Shown here: positions 25,385 through 29,550 of the stretch, piece after piece
Numbering within the stretch: position 1 is the first letter of the stretch
How the letters are laid out: each line of letters starts with the position of its first letter
Assembly (NCBI GenBank): GCA_020348985.1
Contig: CP070761.1
Span: 2,988,564 to 3,018,113, forward strand
From: Candidatus Thorarchaeota archaeon
Lineage (GTDB): Archaea; Asgardarchaeota; Thorarchaeia; Thorarchaeales; Thorarchaeaceae
Direction: 5' to 3'
DNA: 29,550 nt
Translations under genes and position numbers: made by a program
The notes under the pieces: generated by a model
What the model was told of the DNA's origin: nothing
Database searches by the model: none
What the model saw: only the letters and a program-made list of their open reading frames with translations

Positions 25385-25969
25385 ATGTCAAGGGTTGAAG
25401 AGTACTACGGCGTCAACGTTTTACCTCCCATAGCCTGGGCTCTCGACCTCTACCTCAAGAAGTTCCCAAAACTCAAGAAGTCTGGCGCAATTGAAGTCAC
25501 ATTCACTGCAGAGAGTCATAGAGAACGCCTATCAGCGAAGGGCCAGCACGAGATTGTAGTATGGTTCACAAACAAGGAGCTCTTCGCTAGGGGCAGGTGC
25601 ACCTTTGAAAAAGAATGCAAATTCAACACGGAGCGCGTCAGTGCCAGGGACCGGGAAGGGTTGAAGGAACTCGACTGGAGCAAACTGAATAATCGGCAGC
25701 TATTCAAAGCTCTGACGAAGCTCTTGATGAAACTAGACCTTGACTTCGTGACACTCATTCGTGCCCTGAATACAGTTAGTGACCACAAGGTAAAGATCCC
25801 GCACACGACAAAATGGGACCGGACATTCGAGAAGTTCGATGATTATCGCAAGAACCGATGGCCAGAAGACGTTGACACTAGCGACAGAGCAAGATTCATC
25901 GAGGAAGTGCTTGTCAGAGTCTGTTTCTGGTTCATGTCGGCTGCGGCGGTTGGAGACCTCAAAACCTAG
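25385..25969 (+). CDS. Hypothetical protein
   Basis: 194-aa ORF with ATG start, first gene of a tightly spaced run; no family recognised. Confidence 0.75.
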   Translation: MSRVEEYYGVNVLPPIAWALDLYLKKFPKLKKSGAIEVTFTAESHRERLSAKGQHEIVVWFTNKELFARGRCTFEKECKFNTERVSARDREGLKELDWSKLNNRQLFKALTKLLMKLDLDFVTLIRALNTVSDHKVKIPHTTKWDRTFEKFDDYRKNRWPEDVDTSDRARFIEEVLVRVCFWFMSAAAVGDLKT

Positions 25970-25975
25970 GTAAGT

Positions 25976-27118
25976 GTGAATGAAATGGATGTTGGCCTCC
26001 TCGTGAACCCAATCGCTGGAATGGGCGGTAAAGTTGGTCTCAAGGGGACTGACGGTGTTGTTGAGGAGGCAATTGAAAGAGGTGCAGAGCCGATTGCTCC
26101 AGGTCGCGCAATGGAGTTTCTCAGAGCACTTTCCGACATATACGATGTCGGTGGCAGTCCTCCGGTTCGCATAGTCACATGTGGCGGTGTAATGGGTGAG
26201 GATGTCTGCAAAAAAACCAGACTTGGTCACATTATTGCCATCAAGGATGTGAATGAGAGAACCACAGCCGAGGACACTAAACGATGCGTTTTGGCTCTCT
26301 ATGATGCAGGTGTTAGACTTCTTGTATTCGTAGGCGGAGATGGAACCGCACGTGATATCCTTGATGCCGTTCAGGACAACAAGATAGACGATCTACTCAT
26401 AATAGGAGTCCCTTCAGGAGTCAAGATGTACAGCGGTATCTTCGTCGTCCACCCAAGAGATGCTGCCGAAGTTGTTCGACTCGTGCACGACGGGACAGCT
26501 ACTGCTGCCGAATTCGAGGTAATGGATGCAGACGAGAGTGCTATCAGGGAAGACAGATTCGTCATTCAGCTTTACGGCTTTCTCAAAGGGCCCTCTGTGC
26601 CTGCACGCTTTCAAGGAGCCAAACAGGCGAGTCCCGAAACTACTGATGAGTTTGAAGCACAAGAGGCCATAGCCAACTACATCATCGAAGAGATGAAACC
26701 AGGAAACGCCTACATTCTTGGACCTGGCACATCTGTACGGACATTTGCAGAGATTCTGGGCATCAAAAAGACTATGCTTGGCGTTGACCTCTACATGAAC
26801 GGTACCGTTCACAACGATGTGAACGAGAGTCAATTGATTGAGCTCATAGGGGATTTTGACAACGCCTGGATCATCGTGTCTCCTATTGGCCATCAAGGAA
26901 TTCTCTTTGGTCGGGGTAACCAGCAAATCAGTCCAACCATTATTCATAGAGTTGGTAAAGATCACATCATGATCATTAGTACACCTTCGAAGCTTTCTAG
27001 CATTGAAGGTGAGACGCTGAAGGTTGACACAGGCGACTCCGAAGTAGATGATATGTTGCGCGGCTACATTAGAGTCATCACAGACTACAACGAGTTTCGT
27101 TTGATCAGAGTGGAATAG
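25976..27118 (+). CDS. ATP-NAD/AcoX kinase family protein
   Basis: Motifs: NPIAGMGG.VGLKGTDG, GGDGTARD, GVPSGVKMYSG, QG.LFGRGNQQIS, L.VDTGD. Confidence 0.9.
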   Translation: MNEMDVGLLVNPIAGMGGKVGLKGTDGVVEEAIERGAEPIAPGRAMEFLRALSDIYDVGGSPPVRIVTCGGVMGEDVCKKTRLGHIIAIKDVNERTTAEDTKRCVLALYDAGVRLLVFVGGDGTARDILDAVQDNKIDDLLIIGVPSGVKMYSGIFVVHPRDAAEVVRLVHDGTATAAEFEVMDADESAIREDRFVIQLYGFLKGPSVPARFQGAKQASPETTDEFEAQEAIANYIIEEMKPGNAYILGPGTSVRTFAEILGIKKTMLGVDLYMNGTVHNDVNESQLIELIGDFDNAWIIVSPIGHQGILFGRGNQQISPTIIHRVGKDHIMIISTPSKLSSIEGETLKVDTGDSEVDDMLRGYIRVITDYNEFRLIRVE

Positions 27119-27131
27119 AATCGAGGTGAGC

Positions 27132-27869
27132 ATGAAACTGATAGTCCTCTTGACAGATTTTGGAGAGTCAGAGTACGTTGGAATGATGAAGGGAGTAATC
27201 TACTCAGTAGATCCAGACGCGAAAGTAGAAGACTTGACCCACAGCATTCCTCCGCAGTCTGTAAGGGAGGGCGCCTGGGTCCTTTTGCAGAGCTACAAGT
27301 ACTATCCTAGGGGGACCGTGTTTGTCTGTGTGGTTGATCCAGGTGTGGGGACCGAACGCGACGCAGTAATTGTGGACACGAAGAACTACAAGTTCATTGG
27401 CCCAGATAACGGACTACTTCATCCTGCTGCTGAACAAGACGGGATTCAACAAGTGTTCAGTATTTCAATTGAAAGCAGTGTATCTAGGACTTTTCATGGA
27501 CGTGATGTCTTTGCGAAGGCTGCTGCCCACATCTCAATTGGACGAACATCAGAATCGATAGGCAAAGAGAAGCAGAAGCTCGATGACCGAATTGAGTTCT
27601 ATCTCAAGGAGCGTGTTGGTGAAATAGTCAGAATCGATCGATTTGGGAACATCATCACCAATCTTCCGCCATTGGAGAAACCAGAAATGTTGTTCTCAAC
27701 CACAACAGTTCAGGAGAAGATACGGGTTTGTGGAACCTTTGCCGAAGGGCCTGACATTGGACTATTTGTCGTGACTGGGAGTTCTGGTACGCTCGAAATA
27801 GTCTCCAAGAATACAAGTGCTGCAGCGGAGCTCTATCTCAAGATTGGAGATCGTGTCTCACTTGAATAG
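27132..27869 (+). CDS. DUF62 SAM hydroxide adenosyltransferase (chlorinase/fluorinase superfamily)
   Basis: Motifs: LLTDFG, VVDPGVGTER, GPDNGLL, TFHGRDVF, IDRFGNIITN. ATG 27132 follows GAGGTGA. Confidence 0.92.
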   Translation: MKLIVLLTDFGESEYVGMMKGVIYSVDPDAKVEDLTHSIPPQSVREGAWVLLQSYKYYPRGTVFVCVVDPGVGTERDAVIVDTKNYKFIGPDNGLLHPAAEQDGIQQVFSISIESSVSRTFHGRDVFAKAAAHISIGRTSESIGKEKQKLDDRIEFYLKERVGEIVRIDRFGNIITNLPPLEKPEMLFSTTTVQEKIRVCGTFAEGPDIGLFVVTGSSGTLEIVSKNTSAAAELYLKIGDRVSLE

Positions 27870-27936
27870 AATTGACGAAGCTCGGCTGCCCCGAGAGATT
27901 GACATTAACTGGCGGTTATGAGACAATTCATTCAGC

Positions 27937-28479
27937 ATGTATTTCAGAGTGTTCGAGACCGCCTTTGGGTTTTCAGCCATAATCTACAAAGAAACGAAAG
28001 ACGCAGAGATCGCTAAGGAGATTCTGCTGCCAAGAGACATTAGGGCAATTCGTTCGAAGGTGAGGGCGCTGAGTCCTGAGGCAAAAGAGACTGTGACGGG
28101 CGCAGAACTGCTCGTCTCATTGATAACACGCTTCTTTGATGGTGAAGGCATTGAGATTCCTTGGTCGCTGGTTGACAGGTCCGTCTGCTCAGACTTTCAG
28201 CTACGCGTCCTTGATGCAGAATGCACTGTGCCTCGCGGAAAAGCAATCTCGTATTCCGAGCTCGCAAGGAGGGCAAACACAAAGTCCGCTCGAGCAGCAG
28301 GAAGTGCCCTGGCTAGAAATCCGTTCCCGATTGTCGTTCCCTGTCACAGAGCAATACGTAGCGACAGGTCTCTCGGAGGATATCAGGGTGGACGCGCGAT
28401 GAAGAAGCGAATCCTGATTATGGAGGGCGTTTGCTTCGACGAGAATGGTCGTGTACTCCCAGATAGCTTCATACGATGA
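27937..28479 (+). CDS. ogt: Methylated-DNA--protein-cysteine methyltransferase
   Basis: Active-site NPFPIVVPCHR, plus SY.ELA, ARAAG and LGGY.GG...K..L..EG. Confidence 0.93.
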   Translation: MYFRVFETAFGFSAIIYKETKDAEIAKEILLPRDIRAIRSKVRALSPEAKETVTGAELLVSLITRFFDGEGIEIPWSLVDRSVCSDFQLRVLDAECTVPRGKAISYSELARRANTKSARAAGSALARNPFPIVVPCHRAIRSDRSLGGYQGGRAMKKRILIMEGVCFDENGRVLPDSFIR

Positions 28480-28545
28480 TAGCTGTCGCTTTGGATTGTA
28501 ATGCTGTTCGACATACCTAAATAGAAGACAACCTCCCGCCAGCTC

Positions 28546-29550
28546 ATGGCGCGAGTTGTAGTCATCGGAGGCTGTGGCACAGTAGGCACGATTGCTGTTA
28601 GGACACTGGCTTCGTTCGATGATTTTTCGGAGATAGTTGTAGCAGATTTGGACTATGAGGGTGCACAGACTTGTGCATCCGAGGTGGATGAGAACACATG
28701 TTCCGCCGAAATGATTGACGCTACGAATCCGGATAACATCAAAGAAGTCATCAAAGGCGCAGATGTGGTGGTCAATTGCTGTGGCCCCTTCTACAAGCTA
28801 GGACCGATTGTCCTCAAAGCAGTGATTGAGGCAGGTATCGACTATGTTGATGTTTGCGATGATTACGACGCAACTGTAAAGCTGCTGGAAATGGACGAAG
28901 CGGCCAAGAAAGCAGATATGATTGCAGTGACTGGCCTTGGTAGCTCTCCGGGTATTGCTAATCTGCTTATCAGACTCTGTGCAGACCATATGCTCGACAC
29001 AGTTGATACAATAGACATTCTTCACGCTCATGGCGGAGAGCCCACAGAAGGAGCCGCAGTAGTAGCTCACAGAATCCACGGAATGCTGGCTGATATTCCC
29101 ATGTACCTAGATGGCAAGTTCACGACAGTGAAGTACTTCGAGGAAACCGGCAAGGCACTCGAGGAGGACTTCGATTTCCCCGTTCTTGGGAAGTATCCAT
29201 GCTATCCCTACCCCCATCCGGAGACAATCACCCTACCGAAATACATTGATTGTAAGAGAGTCACTAACCTAGGATGTGTTATTCCCCTTGAGTACTACGA
29301 TCTCATCCGTAGAATTGTGCGCCTTGGTGTCGTTGAGGACGAACCCATTAGCGTTAAAGGTCAGATGGTTTCGCCTCTGGACTTCACAATCGCCTACATT
29401 CTCGAACAGCGAGAGCGAATTCTCAAGGAAACCAATTTCGGTATCCAGCGGGGCTGTATGACAGTAAGAATGATCGGCACCGTTGACGGCAAACCACACC
29501 AGTTTAACTTCTCTCTCGCTTCCAAGGGACAGTCGATGGGTGAAGGGACT
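28546..29550 (+). CDS. Saccharopine dehydrogenase family oxidoreductase (truncated by window end; absent from ORF track)
   Basis: My translation from ATG 28546 is open to the window end: MARVVVIGGCGTVG (Rossmann), VVNCCGPFY, YVDVCDD, GLGSSPG, HPETITLP. Confidence 0.88.
   Translation, partial: MARVVVIGGCGTVGTIAVRTLASFDDFSEIVVADLDYEGAQTCASEVDENTCSAEMIDATNPDNIKEVIKGADVVVNCCGPFYKLGPIVLKAVIEAGIDYVDVCDDYDATVKLLEMDEAAKKADMIAVTGLGSSPGIANLLIRLCADHMLDTVDTIDILHAHGGEPTEGAAVVAHRIHGMLADIPMYLDGKFTTVKYFEETGKALEEDFDFPVLGKYPCYPYPHPETITLPKYIDCKRVTNLGCVIPLEYYDLIRRIVRLGVVEDEPISVKGQMVSPLDFTIAYILEQRERILKETNFGIQRGCMTVRMIGTVDGKPHQFNFSLASKGQSMGEGT

Noticed and set aside
21596-26565. Long antisense or alternate-frame ORFs (e.g. 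21735..22274, 22287..22613, 25733..26230; likewise 4905..5348 and 26414..27133)
   Set aside because: They are shadows of well-supported genes and carry no motifs of their own.
27132-27869. Fluorinase/chlorinase (halometabolite synthesis)
   Set aside because: It has the DUF62-type Asp/Arg/His signature (DPGVGTER, FHGRD), is short, and has no halometabolite genes nearby. SAM hydrolase is more likely.

Overview
Gene-dense archaeal chromosomal window, most likely from an Asgard archaeon (Thorarchaeia-like; inferred from TFB, TATA-like promoters, a Rab-like GTPase and a beta-helix/Ig surface protein). I found no RNA genes, CRISPR arrays or mobile elements. Recognisable genes are a stand-alone A/V-ATPase subunit I, trmI, a HerA-like ATPase, a TFB paralog, a NUDIX hydrolase, pyrF, a PLP aminotransferase, glmM/pmm, an alpha/beta hydrolase, a tandem GNAT, an ATP-NAD kinase-like protein, a DUF62 SAM hydrolase, ogt and a truncated saccharopine dehydrogenase-family gene. 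Three things stand out. (1) A complete but divergent bacillithiol-like thiol pathway (bshC-bshA/bshB) sits near glmM, and its BshC carries altered motifs and a four-Cys insert. (2) A small protein combines a coiled coil, a Pro/Ala linker and the motif LMGELKSLLAARRRK, resembling WASH/WAVE/VASP actin regulators. (3) A 10-bp-phased repeat array lies in the promoter of a coiled-coil/wHTH operon. All family calls come from motifs recalled from memory; no database search was run.
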